A stretch of 64,000 nucleotides of DNA from a virus (IMGVR_UViG_3300022589_000019:5169-69168); one strand, 5' to 3'. Counted from the stretch's first letter, positions 46,647 to 57,585 are shown. Made by a program: numbers and translations. Notes: a model not told the origin generated them from the letters alone.

Positions 46647-47030
46647 ATGGATAAAGAACGTACTGCTACCATCCTCATTGGCAATGAGGAACACACTCTC
46701 TTACTCTCTACCAAGGCAACCAAGGAGATAGCCGCTCGTTACGGTGGTCTTGAAAACCTCGGTGAAAAGCTGATGAAGAGTGAGAACTTTGAAATGGCCA
46801 TCGGTGAAATCGTATGGCTCATTACTTTGCTTGCGAATCAGACAATTTTGGTTCACAACATCCAGCACAAGGATGAACCCCGCGACCTGCTCACTGAAGA
46901 GTATGTGGAAATTCTCACTACTCCGGCTGACCTTGCAACCTATAAGGTAGCCATTACCGAGGCTATGTTTAAGGGCACCAAGCGTAACATCCAGAGCGAG
47001 GATGACCAAAAAAACGCGGCGGTCGAGTAA
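46647..47030 (+). CDS. Tail assembly chaperone (gpG-like)
   Basis: Position before the tape measure protein; slippery A AAA AAC at 47009-47015. Confidence 0.85.
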   Translation: MDKERTATILIGNEEHTLLLSTKATKEIAARYGGLENLGEKLMKSENFEMAIGEIVWLITLLANQTILVHNIQHKDEPRDLLTEEYVEILTTPADLATYKVAITEAMFKGTKRNIQSEDDQKNAAVE

Positions 47031-47218
47031 GTGACGAAGAGTTATTTACTCGACTTTTATATTACGGCATCGGTCAACTTCACCTGTCAATGGATGAGGT
47101 ATGGCTGATGCCGTTTGGCTTACTCCTTGACCTTTGGGAGTGCCACAAACAGTACACTGGCATCGCCAAGCCGAAACGGGAACGATTCATTGATGACATT
47201 ATCCCGGACGGTATCTGA
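47009..47218 (+). CDS. -1 frameshift extension of the chaperone (gpGT-like)
   Basis: -1 frame reads KKRGGRVSDEELFTRLLYYGIGQLHLSMDEVWLMPFGLLLDLWECHKQY...PDGI*; absent from the ORF track. Confidence 0.8.
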   Translation, partial: KKRGGRVSDEELFTRLLYYGIGQLHLSMDEVWLMPFGLLLDLWECHKQYTGIAKPKRERFIDDIIPDGI

Positions 47219-47235
47219 CGAAAGGTGGTGGTTAA

Positions 47236-49848
47236 ATGGCAGATAACTTCGGTCTTAAGATCGGGCTTGAGGGTGAAAAGGAATTCAAGAAGGCACTGGC
47301 GGATATCAACCAGAGCTTTAAGGTTCTCGGCTCGGAAATGAAGGTCGTTGAGTCCCAGTTTGGAAAGAACGATAATTCTGTCGAGGCCCTCACCGCCCGC
47401 AACCAGGTACTAAACAAAGAAATCGATGCTCAAAAGCAACGAATCGAAACGCTCCGTGCAGCTCTTGAGAACGCATCATCCTCCTTTGGAGAAAACGATA
47501 AGCGTACTCAAAACTGGCAAATTCAGCTTAATAACGCAACTGCCGCCCTTAACAATATGGAGCGTGAACTCAAGAATAACAACGATGCACTGGATGAAGC
47601 CGCAAAGGAATTTGATGATGCCGAAGACAAGGCAGACCAGTTTGGAGATGAAGTTGAAAACGCAGGTGAACAGAGTGATGATGCCAGTGGCAAATTCTCT
47701 GGACTCGGCACAGCTTGTAAGGCTGCCGCCGCTACCATAGCCGCCGCTTTTGCAGCCGTTTCCGCAGCAGCTATTGCCGGTGGCAAGGCACTTGTGGAAA
47801 TGGCAACCGAAGGTGCTGCTTATGCGGATGACGTCTTAACCACTGCAACGCAGACCGGTATCGCAACCGATAAACTGCAAGAGTATATGTATGCCGCAGA
47901 GCTTGTTGATGTTTCTACCGAAACACTCACAAAATCGATGGCAAAACAAATCAAGTCTATGAAGGCTGTGCAGGACGGTACCAAGATGTCGGTGGAAGCC
48001 TATGACAAACTTGGTGTTTCGGTTACAAATGCTGATGGTAGTTTGCGCGACTCAGATACAGTGTATTGGGAAGTTATCGATGCCCTTGGCAAGGTTGAAA
48101 ACGAAACCGAACGTAATGCTTTGGGTATGCAAATCCTCGGCAAGTCTGCTCAAGAACTGAACCCCCTAATTGAAGCTGGCGCCGCACGAATGAACGAACT
48201 TGGTGAACAAGCTCGTGCTGCCGGATATGTTGTCAGCGATGATATGCTCAATGCCTATGGTGCGTTGGACGACCAGTTGCAATATCTTAACGTTGGCGCA
48301 CAAGCAGCCAAGAACGCTCTTGGCACAGTTCTTCTCCCGGTGCTTACCGACCTTGCAACCGAAGGCAACGCTCTGCTTGGTGAGTTCACTAACGGCATCC
48401 TTGATGCCAACGGCGATATCAGTAAGATGTCTGACGTCATTGGTGATATCCTACCGAAAGTTCTCGATATGATTATGGAGTTCTTACCAGAACTCCTGGA
48501 AATCGTGTGTGAAATCGTAGGGTCCTTGGCGCAGGCTCTTATCGACAACTTACCGACCATCATAGACACTGCATCTGAGATTATTTTTGCTCTGCTTACG
48601 GGGTTAATTGAAGCCTTACCCCAAATAGCGGAGGGTGCCCTTCAACTGGTTATGGCTCTTGTGAGTGGTATCCTTGAGAACCTTCCGCTGTTATTGGATA
48701 CGGCACTACAGGCGGTCGTTACCCTTGCAACGGGTATCGCAAATGCACTGCCTACGCTTATACCCACCATCATCCAGGTTATCATTCAAATCGTAAACAC
48801 GCTCATCGAGAACTTGCCTATGATTTTGGATGCCGCCCTTCAGTTGATTATGGGACTTGCCCAGGGTATTTTGAATGCTCTACCTGTGCTGATCGCCGCA
48901 CTCCCGGAAATCATTATGGGTATCATCAACTTTCTCTTGGATGCTATACCGCAAATCATTGAAACGGGCATTCAGCTTATAACCTCGTTGGTGGCGGCTT
49001 TGCCTGAAATCATCACGGCAATCGTAGAGGCAATTCCGCAGATTATTTCCGGTATTATCAACGCTGTAATGAACGCTGTCCCGCTCATCATCCAAGCCGG
49101 TATTGACCTTTTGATTTCTCTCATCAAAGCTTTACCGCAGATAATCACGACCATCGTGAACGCCATTCCGCAAATTATATCCGGCATTATCAAAGCTGTG
49201 CTTGAAAACCTGCCACTCATCATCAAAGCAGGTGTCGACCTCTTTATTTCTCTTATAAAGAACCTTCCGACAATTATCGTGGAGATTGTCAAAGCCGTAC
49301 CGCAGATTATTGCGGGTATCGTTAAGGCATTCGGCTCTCTGTTCGGTGAAATGGCATCCATCGGTGGTAACATCGTAAAGGGTCTGTGGGAAGGTATCCA
49401 GGGACTTGCATCCTGGCTTTGGGATAAAGTTTCGGGATGGATTTCCGGCATTTGGGACGGCATTTGCGACTTCTTCGGTATTGCATCGCCCTCCAAAGAA
49501 ATGGGATGGGTCGGTGAAATGCTTGTTGACGGTCTTGCCGGAGCACTCGATTCTCACGGCAAGGAAGCTGTAAAGGCTGCCGAGGGAATGAGTTCTGACA
49601 TTTCCGATGTTATGCACGGTCTTGCAGAGGATATGGAAACCGCACTGCCTACCGATTTCAATATCGATGGCAATGTTCGTGCAAGCGTATCCGGCACGGC
49701 TATGGACAGTGTTAAATCCGGTTTGTCTTTGGTTCTCAATATCTCAAACTTCAACAACTATTCAAGCGAGGATATTCAGCAGCTCACCAATGAGGTGCTG
49801 GTAACCGCAGGACAATTTGCAAAGCGGAAAGGGGTGGTATTTGCGTGA
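47236..49848 (+). CDS. Tail tape measure protein
   Basis: KIGLEGEKEFK, long helical region with LPxII periodic repeats, GIASPSK. Confidence 0.95.
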   Translation: MADNFGLKIGLEGEKEFKKALADINQSFKVLGSEMKVVESQFGKNDNSVEALTARNQVLNKEIDAQKQRIETLRAALENASSSFGENDKRTQNWQIQLNNATAALNNMERELKNNNDALDEAAKEFDDAEDKADQFGDEVENAGEQSDDASGKFSGLGTACKAAAATIAAAFAAVSAAAIAGGKALVEMATEGAAYADDVLTTATQTGIATDKLQEYMYAAELVDVSTETLTKSMAKQIKSMKAVQDGTKMSVEAYDKLGVSVTNADGSLRDSDTVYWEVIDALGKVENETERNALGMQILGKSAQELNPLIEAGAARMNELGEQARAAGYVVSDDMLNAYGALDDQLQYLNVGAQAAKNALGTVLLPVLTDLATEGNALLGEFTNGILDANGDISKMSDVIGDILPKVLDMIMEFLPELLEIVCEIVGSLAQALIDNLPTIIDTASEIIFALLTGLIEALPQIAEGALQLVMALVSGILENLPLLLDTALQAVVTLATGIANALPTLIPTIIQVIIQIVNTLIENLPMILDAALQLIMGLAQGILNALPVLIAALPEIIMGIINFLLDAIPQIIETGIQLITSLVAALPEIITAIVEAIPQIISGIINAVMNAVPLIIQAGIDLLISLIKALPQIITTIVNAIPQIISGIIKAVLENLPLIIKAGVDLFISLIKNLPTIIVEIVKAVPQIIAGIVKAFGSLFGEMASIGGNIVKGLWEGIQGLASWLWDKVSGWISGIWDGICDFFGIASPSKEMGWVGEMLVDGLAGALDSHGKEAVKAAEGMSSDISDVMHGLAEDMETALPTDFNIDGNVRASVSGTAMDSVKSGLSLVLNISNFNNYSSEDIQQLTNEVLVTAGQFAKRKGVVFA

Positions 49849-50573
49849 ATTATTTTGTGTATAAAGGCATCAAGTCTTCGGATATGGGACTTCGTATCGA
49901 AAGCAAGGAAGTTTTCTCCGCTCCCGAATATGAAGTTGATTTCTTATCCGTCCCCGGCAGGCACGGTGATTTAATCGGTGACGGTGGCAGATTCCCTAAC
50001 GCCCAAATCACTTATTCCGTTTTCCTGCCTGCCAAAAGCATTACAGAATTATCGCAGAAAATCACCGCTGTTAAGGGTTGGCTATACTCCGGTCTTAACC
50101 AGTACCACACCCTTTCCGATACCTACGATACCGAGTTTACCCGTAAGGCTGTATATGCCGGGAAACTCGATATTGAGGATGAACTTAACCGCATTGGAGT
50201 ATTCACGATCAGCTTTTCCTGCGAGCCGTTCCGTTACTCCATTGCAGGAGAAAAGACACAGCTTATCGGTAACGGCAAAAGCCTAACCAACCCGTATCTG
50301 TTCTCAAGCTATCCCATCATTCGTGTTGTGGGTAGTGGCAAAGGTACGCTGACCATTCAGTCTGCTGACAACAATACCACGCTTACATTCACCGACATCG
50401 ATGAATACGTGGAAATCGACTCGAAGCAGATGGTCTGTTATAAAGGCAACGAACCAAAGAACGACACCGTTGAGGGTGATGGTTTTCCGCTGCTGTATCC
50501 CGGCGAGAATACTTTTTCTTTTGACGGGGACATCCAAGGATTGTCCGTTGCTCCAAGGTGGTGTTCGATATGA
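49845..50573 (+). CDS. Distal tail protein (Dit)
   Basis: VPGRHGDL, FSCEPFRYS, FPLLYPGEN; follows the tape measure protein. Confidence 0.88.
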   Translation: MNYFVYKGIKSSDMGLRIESKEVFSAPEYEVDFLSVPGRHGDLIGDGGRFPNAQITYSVFLPAKSITELSQKITAVKGWLYSGLNQYHTLSDTYDTEFTRKAVYAGKLDIEDELNRIGVFTISFSCEPFRYSIAGEKTQLIGNGKSLTNPYLFSSYPIIRVVGSGKGTLTIQSADNNTTLTFTDIDEYVEIDSKQMVCYKGNEPKNDTVEGDGFPLLYPGENTFSFDGDIQGLSVAPRWCSI

Positions 50574-52399
50574 TTCCGGTACTTTATAAAGCCAACGCTA
50601 CCAACTTCGCTTCCTTCGGCATTGGTGTTCTTAAAGATTGCACCTTCTGTGAGGTTACCGAGGAACGCAACGGTGCCTTTGAGTGCGAATTCAAGTATCC
50701 CATCAACGGTCCCCTTTACAAGGAGATAGCCGAAGAGAGGCTTGTGAAAGCCAAACCCAACGACACCGCTAAAGACCAGGTGTTTCGCATTTACCGCATT
50801 TCTACACCAATCAATGGTGAGATAACGGTATATGCACAGCATATTTCCTACGACCTATCTTCTATAGCAGCATTACAGTGGTCGGAAGAATCCATTTCTC
50901 CAAGCCTTGCGATGGAACGTGTGTTTCAGAACACCGCAACTCCTCACGGCTTTACTTGCCACACCGATTATTCCGCAGCAAAGCCGTTCTCGGTTGCAAG
51001 ACCGCAGAGCGTCCGTGCTTGTTTGGGCGGTGTGGCAGGTTCTTTTCTGGACTTGTGGGGTGGCGAATACGAGTGGGATAACTTCCGTGTTATTCATCAC
51101 CAAGGCAGAGGGCAAAAAACAGGTGTGGTTATCGAATACGGAAAAAACCTCACGGATCTGGAACACGAGAACGAGACCACCGATGTTTATACCGACCTCC
51201 TTCCGTATGCTGTGATAACCGCAGAGGACGGTACGGAAACGGTTGTCACACTCTCTGAAATTCTGTTGCCGATATCTAATACAACCCTGGTTCAGCGAAA
51301 GACCTATATTAAGGACTTCACAGAATACTTCGATGAAGATACTCCCGTTACCGAAGAAGGGCTCCGTGCCTACGCAAACAACTATCTTAAAAACAATCCG
51401 CTTGGCACGGCCGTGCCTACTTTGACCGTTGCCTTTGAACCGCTATGGAAACAGCCTGACTATGTGGCTGTGTTGGAGCGTGTGTCCCTTTGCGACACCG
51501 TAACCATTCGACACAGCGTTCTCGGCATCACGGCAAAAGCAAAGGTAATCACCACGGTTTATGACTCGCTTGCTGAAAAGTATGTGTCTATCACACTCGG
51601 CTCGGCAAAGGCAAACTTGCTTAACAATGTAAGTGCTGCCGAAGCCGCCGCAGAGGAAGCCTCGACAAAAATCGACAGATTTCCTGCGCTGATGAACTCT
51701 GCGATAAAAAATGCTACGGGACTAATTACCGGGCAGACCGGCGGCTATGTGGTTATTCATACTGACACCGATACAGGTAAACCTTATGAGCTTCTCATCT
51801 TGGATGCGCCTACAATCGGTGAAGCGGTCAATGTTTGGCGATGGAATGTTGGCGGTCTTGGGTTCTCCAAGAATGGTTACAACGGTCCCTATGAAACGGC
51901 AATCACCGCTGATGGTCAGATTGTTGCAGACTTCATTACTTCTGGCACTTTGGTGGCGAACATCATCAAGGCCGGTGTTCTTCAATCCCAGGATGGCTCT
52001 TCTTATTGGGATTTGGAGACCGGCGAGGTTGTCCTTCGTGCCTATGCTACTACGGAAACCGTGGAAAAGGTCGAAGACCGCATCTCCACCATTGAAGAGC
52101 AGAAAATGTACCGCCTGGTGATCAGCTCATCCAACGGTAACATCTTCAAAAATAACAATATCAGCACAACCCTTTATGCCACAGTTTTCTCCTGGGACGA
52201 AAACATCACTGATACCTTGGATGACAACCAGTTCATCTGGACCAGGGTTTCCGATGATGCAGAAGCCGATAAGCTGTGGAATGATGCACACTTCGGTGGC
52301 ACAAAGTCCATCGAAATCGACTCCGATGATGTCAAAGTAAGGGCAACATTCTTCTGTGACCTCATCGATACGACTACAAGAAACAGCCTACTCGGCTGA
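50570..52399 (+). CDS. Tail-associated/baseplate hub protein (Tal, phage tail spike family)
   Basis: VTEERNGAFE, QVFRIYRI, VYAQHISYD, IEYGKNL, VWRWNVGGLG, ITADGQIVADFITSG. Confidence 0.88.
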   Translation: MIPVLYKANATNFASFGIGVLKDCTFCEVTEERNGAFECEFKYPINGPLYKEIAEERLVKAKPNDTAKDQVFRIYRISTPINGEITVYAQHISYDLSSIAALQWSEESISPSLAMERVFQNTATPHGFTCHTDYSAAKPFSVARPQSVRACLGGVAGSFLDLWGGEYEWDNFRVIHHQGRGQKTGVVIEYGKNLTDLEHENETTDVYTDLLPYAVITAEDGTETVVTLSEILLPISNTTLVQRKTYIKDFTEYFDEDTPVTEEGLRAYANNYLKNNPLGTAVPTLTVAFEPLWKQPDYVAVLERVSLCDTVTIRHSVLGITAKAKVITTVYDSLAEKYVSITLGSAKANLLNNVSAAEAAAEEASTKIDRFPALMNSAIKNATGLITGQTGGYVVIHTDTDTGKPYELLILDAPTIGEAVNVWRWNVGGLGFSKNGYNGPYETAITADGQIVADFITSGTLVANIIKAGVLQSQDGSSYWDLETGEVVLRAYATTETVEKVEDRISTIEEQKMYRLVISSSNGNIFKNNNISTTLYATVFSWDENITDTLDDNQFIWTRVSDDAEADKLWNDAHFGGTKSIEIDSDDVKVRATFFCDLIDTTTRNSLLG

Positions 52400-52419
52400 A
52401 TTAAAAGGAGGAATCCCTA

Positions 52420-53499
52420 ATGAGCAAAGCTCAAGGCCAATTTACTATTATCGACTACAATGATGCATTAACCCTCACGGGTTACATCGGGTCGAATCTG
52501 CAGAAGTCGCAGATGTATAACCCCGATAATGCGACCTATACGCCCGACTGGTCGTCCACCAACCTGGTGTTGACCCCCAGCCTCTATGTTATCGGTACAA
52601 CTACCGACCAAATCACCACCGCTGCGGTGACTTCCGTTAAGTGGTATGTTGGCAGTTCTACCACGGCTCTTACCACTTCCGGCAACTACGCATTAAGCGG
52701 TGCAAAGAGCCACATTTTGACCGTTAAGGGTAACGTAATGGCTGGTCTGCCCGGCATTGACTACCGCTGCGTTATCACTTACAAGGATGCATCCACCGGC
52801 CTTTCTATTACGCATCCTTTGACCATCTCGTTCTCCCGCGTTGTAAACGGTGGCGGTATCGTTGATTTGCTGGTTACTACTCCCAAGGGCAACGTGTTTA
52901 AGAACGCAGAAGTAGCAACACTTACTGCCAAGGCTGAACTGTGGCGTGGATCTACTGTGGATACTACCAATGTTACCTACAAGTGGGCAATTATGGACAG
53001 TTCCGTAACCTCCACCTCTTCCAGTGGCTACGATGCCGCTTTTGGTGTAGGCTGGCGTAAGCTGTCTGACACCACGGGTATGTATTCCGGTGCTACTACA
53101 TCAACCATTACCATTTATGCTGCGGCTGTTGACAGCTACGCTGTATTTAAGTGCGTGGCAACCGACTCCGACTCCACTTCCAATACCTACAACAGCACCT
53201 TTACCGATGTCGCAACCTTCATTGATAACTCTGACCCCATCCAGGTGGTCATCACCTCCACGGGCGGAGATGTCTTTAAGAACGGTGTTGGCTCTACGGT
53301 TCTTACCGCAGTTGTTTACCAGGCGGGTGCTGAAATCGATGCCGATGGTAAGGGCACCTATACCTGGACTAAGTACAACAAAGACGGTGCTATCGACACC
53401 ACTTGGGGTACTTCCGGCAGCAAGACCGGCAAAACTCTGTCTGTGTCTTCTTCCGATGTTGCCACCAAGGCAACCTTTATGGTGGTAGTCACTCTGTAA
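52420..53499 (+). CDS. Tail-associated structural protein with Ig-like domains
   Basis: Thr/Ser-rich beta repeats (GNVFKN, GDVFKN). Confidence 0.7.
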   Translation: MSKAQGQFTIIDYNDALTLTGYIGSNLQKSQMYNPDNATYTPDWSSTNLVLTPSLYVIGTTTDQITTAAVTSVKWYVGSSTTALTTSGNYALSGAKSHILTVKGNVMAGLPGIDYRCVITYKDASTGLSITHPLTISFSRVVNGGGIVDLLVTTPKGNVFKNAEVATLTAKAELWRGSTVDTTNVTYKWAIMDSSVTSTSSSGYDAAFGVGWRKLSDTTGMYSGATTSTITIYAAAVDSYAVFKCVATDSDSTSNTYNSTFTDVATFIDNSDPIQVVITSTGGDVFKNGVGSTVLTAVVYQAGAEIDADGKGTYTWTKYNKDGAIDTTWGTSGSKTGKTLSVSSSDVATKATFMVVVTL

Positions 53500-53511
53500 G
53501 GAGGTGTTTCT

Positions 53512-54600
53512 ATGCGGGCGATTGCTCAATTTACCATCATCAATCTTTGCGATGTAATCTCTTCTGATGTCGCACCCGAAAATCCGTACATCGGTATGCT
53601 GTGGGTAAATACGGCAACTGTCCCGCCGGAAACAATGGTGTGGGATGGACTCGGTTGGGTTGTTCAAAACAATCTTGAAGAACTCCGCACCACCGTGTCC
53701 ACCCATACCACTCGCTTTGGTGAGTTTCAAACCTCCATTGATGGTTTGAACAGTTACGTTTCAAACCTTACAAAAACAGTGGAGACCGTCAGCGGTGAAG
53801 TTTCAGGGGAAAAAGAGACTGTGCTTGAAATGCAAGAGCAGATCTCCGAACTGGAACACACCGTTGACGGCTTATCACTCACTATGAGTGAGCAGTTTGC
53901 CGGAGGCATCAATTTTATAAAGAACTCTGCCGGACTTAACGGCATTACCGATGATTGGGCCATATCCGGCACGGTGGCAACAGATAGTTCTACCGATGTG
54001 CAGAACAACACTACTTCCGATTCCAGCTTTGTCCTTGGGGATACATCAACTCTCAAGCAAGTAATTACGGGTGTTGTTCCCGGCTCATCTTATGTCATTT
54101 CGCTCCGTGCAAAGAAAACGGGAGCGAGTTATACCTCTTATTTTCGTGTTCAGTACAACGGTAATAAGTACATCTATCTTTTCAACACCACATCGACCTT
54201 TGGATGGACGGAATACAACGCTATCATCCCCGATGTGCAGGATAGTACCATCACCGTTTACTGCTATAACCGAATCGCAAGTCTGTATGTTTCTGATATC
54301 ATCTTGGCTGAAGGAACGACCGTCCACAAATGGACACCTGCTCCTAACGAGATTTATACCACCGAGGTTAAAATTGACCGCCGTGGTATTGAAGTTTCCA
54401 ACGCAGACTCTGCTCAAAGGACGGTTATTAACAACACGGAATTTTCCGGCTATTACAACGAAGAAAAAATATTCACGCTAAACAAGGATGAAACCATCAC
54501 CAAGAAAACAACGGTGGATGGCGAACTCACGGTTGGCAGAACCAAATTCGTGCCAATGCCCACCGCTTCAGAAGGGTTAAACATCGTAATCCTTGATTAA
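53512..54600 (+). CDS. Tail fibre-associated protein with carbohydrate-binding-like domain
   Basis: Coiled coil followed by GGINFIKNSA...W...KWTPAPNE pattern. Confidence 0.7.
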   Translation: MRAIAQFTIINLCDVISSDVAPENPYIGMLWVNTATVPPETMVWDGLGWVVQNNLEELRTTVSTHTTRFGEFQTSIDGLNSYVSNLTKTVETVSGEVSGEKETVLEMQEQISELEHTVDGLSLTMSEQFAGGINFIKNSAGLNGITDDWAISGTVATDSSTDVQNNTTSDSSFVLGDTSTLKQVITGVVPGSSYVISLRAKKTGASYTSYFRVQYNGNKYIYLFNTTSTFGWTEYNAIIPDVQDSTITVYCYNRIASLYVSDIILAEGTTVHKWTPAPNEIYTTEVKIDRRGIEVSNADSAQRTVINNTEFSGYYNEEKIFTLNKDETITKKTTVDGELTVGRTKFVPMPTASEGLNIVILD

Positions 54601-54617
54601 GCGAGAAAGGAGATATT

Positions 54618-57140
54618 ATGGCTACAAGTGGTAGTTTTTCAAAATACCCAGTCAGCAACTTCGGTCTTTACTGTACTTGGTCAGCTTCACAGAGTGTCAC
54701 AGGCAACTACTCAGATGTAACGCTTAATGTGTATTTGAAATATTACACGCTGTCCGTTGGCTCTCGTTCTGACTCCACGGTATCCATTAACGGTGTATCT
54801 GAAACTTACACAGCACCCGCAATCAGCGATAGTGTGGCCGGTTATGACACCACTTTGCTGAAAACCTATACTGTCCGTGTTGCTCACAACAGCAACGGTA
54901 CAAAAACGGGAGTTGCTCTGTCAGCGTCCTGGCGTTTCAGCGGTACTTACAGTGGTACGAGCATCGGAACCATTACGGCATCGACCACCATTGATTTGGA
55001 TGCCCTTGATAGAACCGCGCCCACAGTTTCGTGCAGCACTTCAAACATTACGGCTAACGGATTTAAGATTAGCGCCACATCCTCCGCAACGGCAGATATT
55101 TGGCAGTACAGCACTGATGGTGGTACGAACTGGACACAGTTTTCGACCACGGCGGGAACGAGTGCAAACACAACGCTTTCTTCACTTACCCCGAACACAA
55201 CATACTCTGTTAAGGTTCGCGCAAGGAAAAAGTCTAACCAGGTGTACGGCACTTCAAGTGCGGTTTCCACCAAAACTCTGGGCGGTTCGACCATTGGAAG
55301 TGTATCCACTCTTACTGCGGATGCCGCAACAGTGAGTATTAGCATTAATACCACCGTGTATGATGCCGCATACACGCACACTCTCCAAATCAAAAACGGA
55401 TCTACCGTTTATTTATCCATCACGGGTCTGTCGTGGACAAAAGGCACGGCGGCAAGGACGATAACGCTGACAGCAGCACAAAGAACAACGCTACTCACTG
55501 CAATGGCGTCAGTAAAATCCTTCACTGCCACTTTTGCGTTGCTGACATACAGCGGTTCAACGCAGATCGGCTCCACTTCCACAAAGACCGCAACCGTTCA
55601 GACAACCTCTGCGAACTCTACACCCACAATGGGTGCTTTTACTTTTTATGATGGTCGTTCTGCCACTTCAACGGTAACCGGAAACGACCAGGTGTTCATC
55701 CAGGGTTATTCGTATTTGTATGTTACCCCCGGCACGGCAACGGCAAGAAATAACGCTACGATTTCTTCCTATTCCGCTACCTGCAACGGTGTGACCCTCT
55801 CCAATACAACGGGTGCGGTTATCAACCTTGGTGCGGTCGCCAAGTCCGGCACGTTGGATGTGGTGGTAACGGCCACGGACTCCCGTGGATACACAGTTAG
55901 CAACACGCAGCAAATTACGGTTATTGCATATGCCAAGCCAAAGGTCTCATCCTTAACGCTACGAAGAACCAATGACATCGAAGCGGAGATGCAGCTTGCA
56001 TTTAACGGTACGATTTCTGCTATTTCAGTTTCCGGCACTCAAAAGAACAGCCTCTTGTATGTGAGGTATCGATACAAGCTTACGAGTGCTACTTCCTATG
56101 GCTCATATACGTCAATCCTGTCATCGGTAACCAAAAGCGGAACCTCTTACTCGTTTTCTGATTTGGAACTGTGCAGCCTGGATGCAAACTCATCCTATGA
56201 CTTCCATCTCCAAATTCGAGATCAGTTGAACTCGCTGTCATCAGTTGACCTTTACTATGTTGTTCCCCAGGGAACGCCTCTTGTGGCGCTCCGCAAAAAG
56301 AAGGTCGGTATCAATACCCCTGACCCGGAAGTTGCTCTTCACGTGGTTGGTGATGCTAAAGTATCCGGTACGGTTACTGCGACCACCGTAACAGCCACAA
56401 CGCTCAACGGCTCACTTGCACCGTCCAAACTATCCGCTGCAGTTACCATCGCAAAGGGTGGTACGGGTGCAACTACAGCGGCAGCCGCTTGTACGAACCT
56501 TATCAGCGGACAGACCATTGCTCCGAAGGTAATCAATGTTACAGGCAACCAGTACAAGGTGGACGGTGTTTACGGCATCAATATGCAAAACTCTGACATC
56601 ATTGGATTGAATGCTCTATACTTCTTGGATGCCGTTGACTCTGCCGGCGAAGGAATAAACTTTTATCGCAGTTCTACCGCTTATGATAGGCTTTATTCCT
56701 ATGCTGGAACGCTCTATTATGCGCCTAACTGTGATGCGGCAACTCATCCCGGCACTCGTTACACTGTGTATCATTCCGGTGGTGCAACCATTCCTTTGGG
56801 TAAGGGCGGCACGGGTGGTACAACAGCAGCGGCAGCAAGAACCAACTTGGGTATTACCGCTACATCGTTATATAGCGGTACGCTCACAAGTGGAAGTATT
56901 ACCTTCAACTATGGTAGTTACAAAGCCTATGTCATTATTGGCAGACCTAAATCTTCTTCCGCTTTGGAATCCTTAACACTACCCAAGGGTATCATCACGA
57001 CTTCAGCGGTAACCTATCAGCTTGCCGATGAAGCAAACTATGTATCCTTTGACGTTAAGTACTCCGGCACCACTACAACATTAACCTGGAAAGCGAGTAG
57101 CTCCACCGGACAGATTACTCGTGTTTTCGGCATTAACTAA
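54618..57140 (+). CDS. Tail fibre / receptor-binding protein (DUF859-like, FN3)
   Basis: LTPNTTYSVKVRA (FN3); KKVGINTPDPEVALHVVG; two KGGTG.TTAAAA.TNL fibre motifs. Confidence 0.8.
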   Translation: MATSGSFSKYPVSNFGLYCTWSASQSVTGNYSDVTLNVYLKYYTLSVGSRSDSTVSINGVSETYTAPAISDSVAGYDTTLLKTYTVRVAHNSNGTKTGVALSASWRFSGTYSGTSIGTITASTTIDLDALDRTAPTVSCSTSNITANGFKISATSSATADIWQYSTDGGTNWTQFSTTAGTSANTTLSSLTPNTTYSVKVRARKKSNQVYGTSSAVSTKTLGGSTIGSVSTLTADAATVSISINTTVYDAAYTHTLQIKNGSTVYLSITGLSWTKGTAARTITLTAAQRTTLLTAMASVKSFTATFALLTYSGSTQIGSTSTKTATVQTTSANSTPTMGAFTFYDGRSATSTVTGNDQVFIQGYSYLYVTPGTATARNNATISSYSATCNGVTLSNTTGAVINLGAVAKSGTLDVVVTATDSRGYTVSNTQQITVIAYAKPKVSSLTLRRTNDIEAEMQLAFNGTISAISVSGTQKNSLLYVRYRYKLTSATSYGSYTSILSSVTKSGTSYSFSDLELCSLDANSSYDFHLQIRDQLNSLSSVDLYYVVPQGTPLVALRKKKVGINTPDPEVALHVVGDAKVSGTVTATTVTATTLNGSLAPSKLSAAVTIAKGGTGATTAAAACTNLISGQTIAPKVINVTGNQYKVDGVYGINMQNSDIIGLNALYFLDAVDSAGEGINFYRSSTAYDRLYSYAGTLYYAPNCDAATHPGTRYTVYHSGGATIPLGKGGTGGTTAAAARTNLGITATSLYSGTLTSGSITFNYGSYKAYVIIGRPKSSSALESLTLPKGIITTSAVTYQLADEANYVSFDVKYSGTTTTLTWKASSSTGQITRVFGIN

Positions 57141-57152
57141 GGGAGGATTGTT

Positions 57153-57521
57153 ATGCGAATAAAAACAAACAAAAACGGATTTGTTGAAAGCTATGCTGCC
57201 GTGGGAGAAATCCTTGAAAGCATCGAGGTTGGCAATCCCTCCGACCTTGAGCACTTTGAGCATAATTTCCGTGCTTACCGCATCAAGGATGGTATGTTGT
57301 TCTTTGATGAAGAGCAAGCCACCACCATTCAAACAGAGGAAGAAAACGAACAACTCCGTGTCGAGCGAGATGCAGAGTGCTTCTCGGTCATTAACCGAGG
57401 TTGGCTGTGGTATGACACTCTCACAGAGAAGCAAACCAAAGAACTGCGAAAGTGGTACAAGGATTGGCTCGATGTAACCGAAACAAAGAAAAAACCAGAC
57501 AAGCCGTCCTGGCTGAAATAA
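57153..57521 (+). CDS. Tail fibre-associated small protein
   Basis: Directly after the fibre gene; ECF.VINRG.LWYD...W..WLDVT...P.KPSWL. Confidence 0.7.
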   Translation: MRIKTNKNGFVESYAAVGEILESIEVGNPSDLEHFEHNFRAYRIKDGMLFFDEEQATTIQTEEENEQLRVERDAECFSVINRGWLWYDTLTEKQTKELRKWYKDWLDVTETKKKPDKPSWLK

Positions 57522-57529
57522 GGAATTAT

Positions 57530-57554
57530 GGCACTCCGCCCGGGGTGCCTTTTT
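57530..57554 (+). terminator. Intrinsic terminator before the lysis cassette
   Basis: ggcactcc-gcc-cggggtgcc plus T5. Confidence 0.6.
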
Positions 57555-57585
57555 CATACCCAAATCTTAAAAGGAGGTAACGGCT

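Noticed and set aside
48480-49400. Periodic LPxII repeats in the tape measure protein
   Set aside because: An ordinary feature of siphovirus tape measure proteins
52420-57521. Diversity-generating retroelement or invertible tail-fibre cassette
   Set aside because: No reverse transcriptase, no TR/VR repeat pair and no inverted duplicate fibre segments seen
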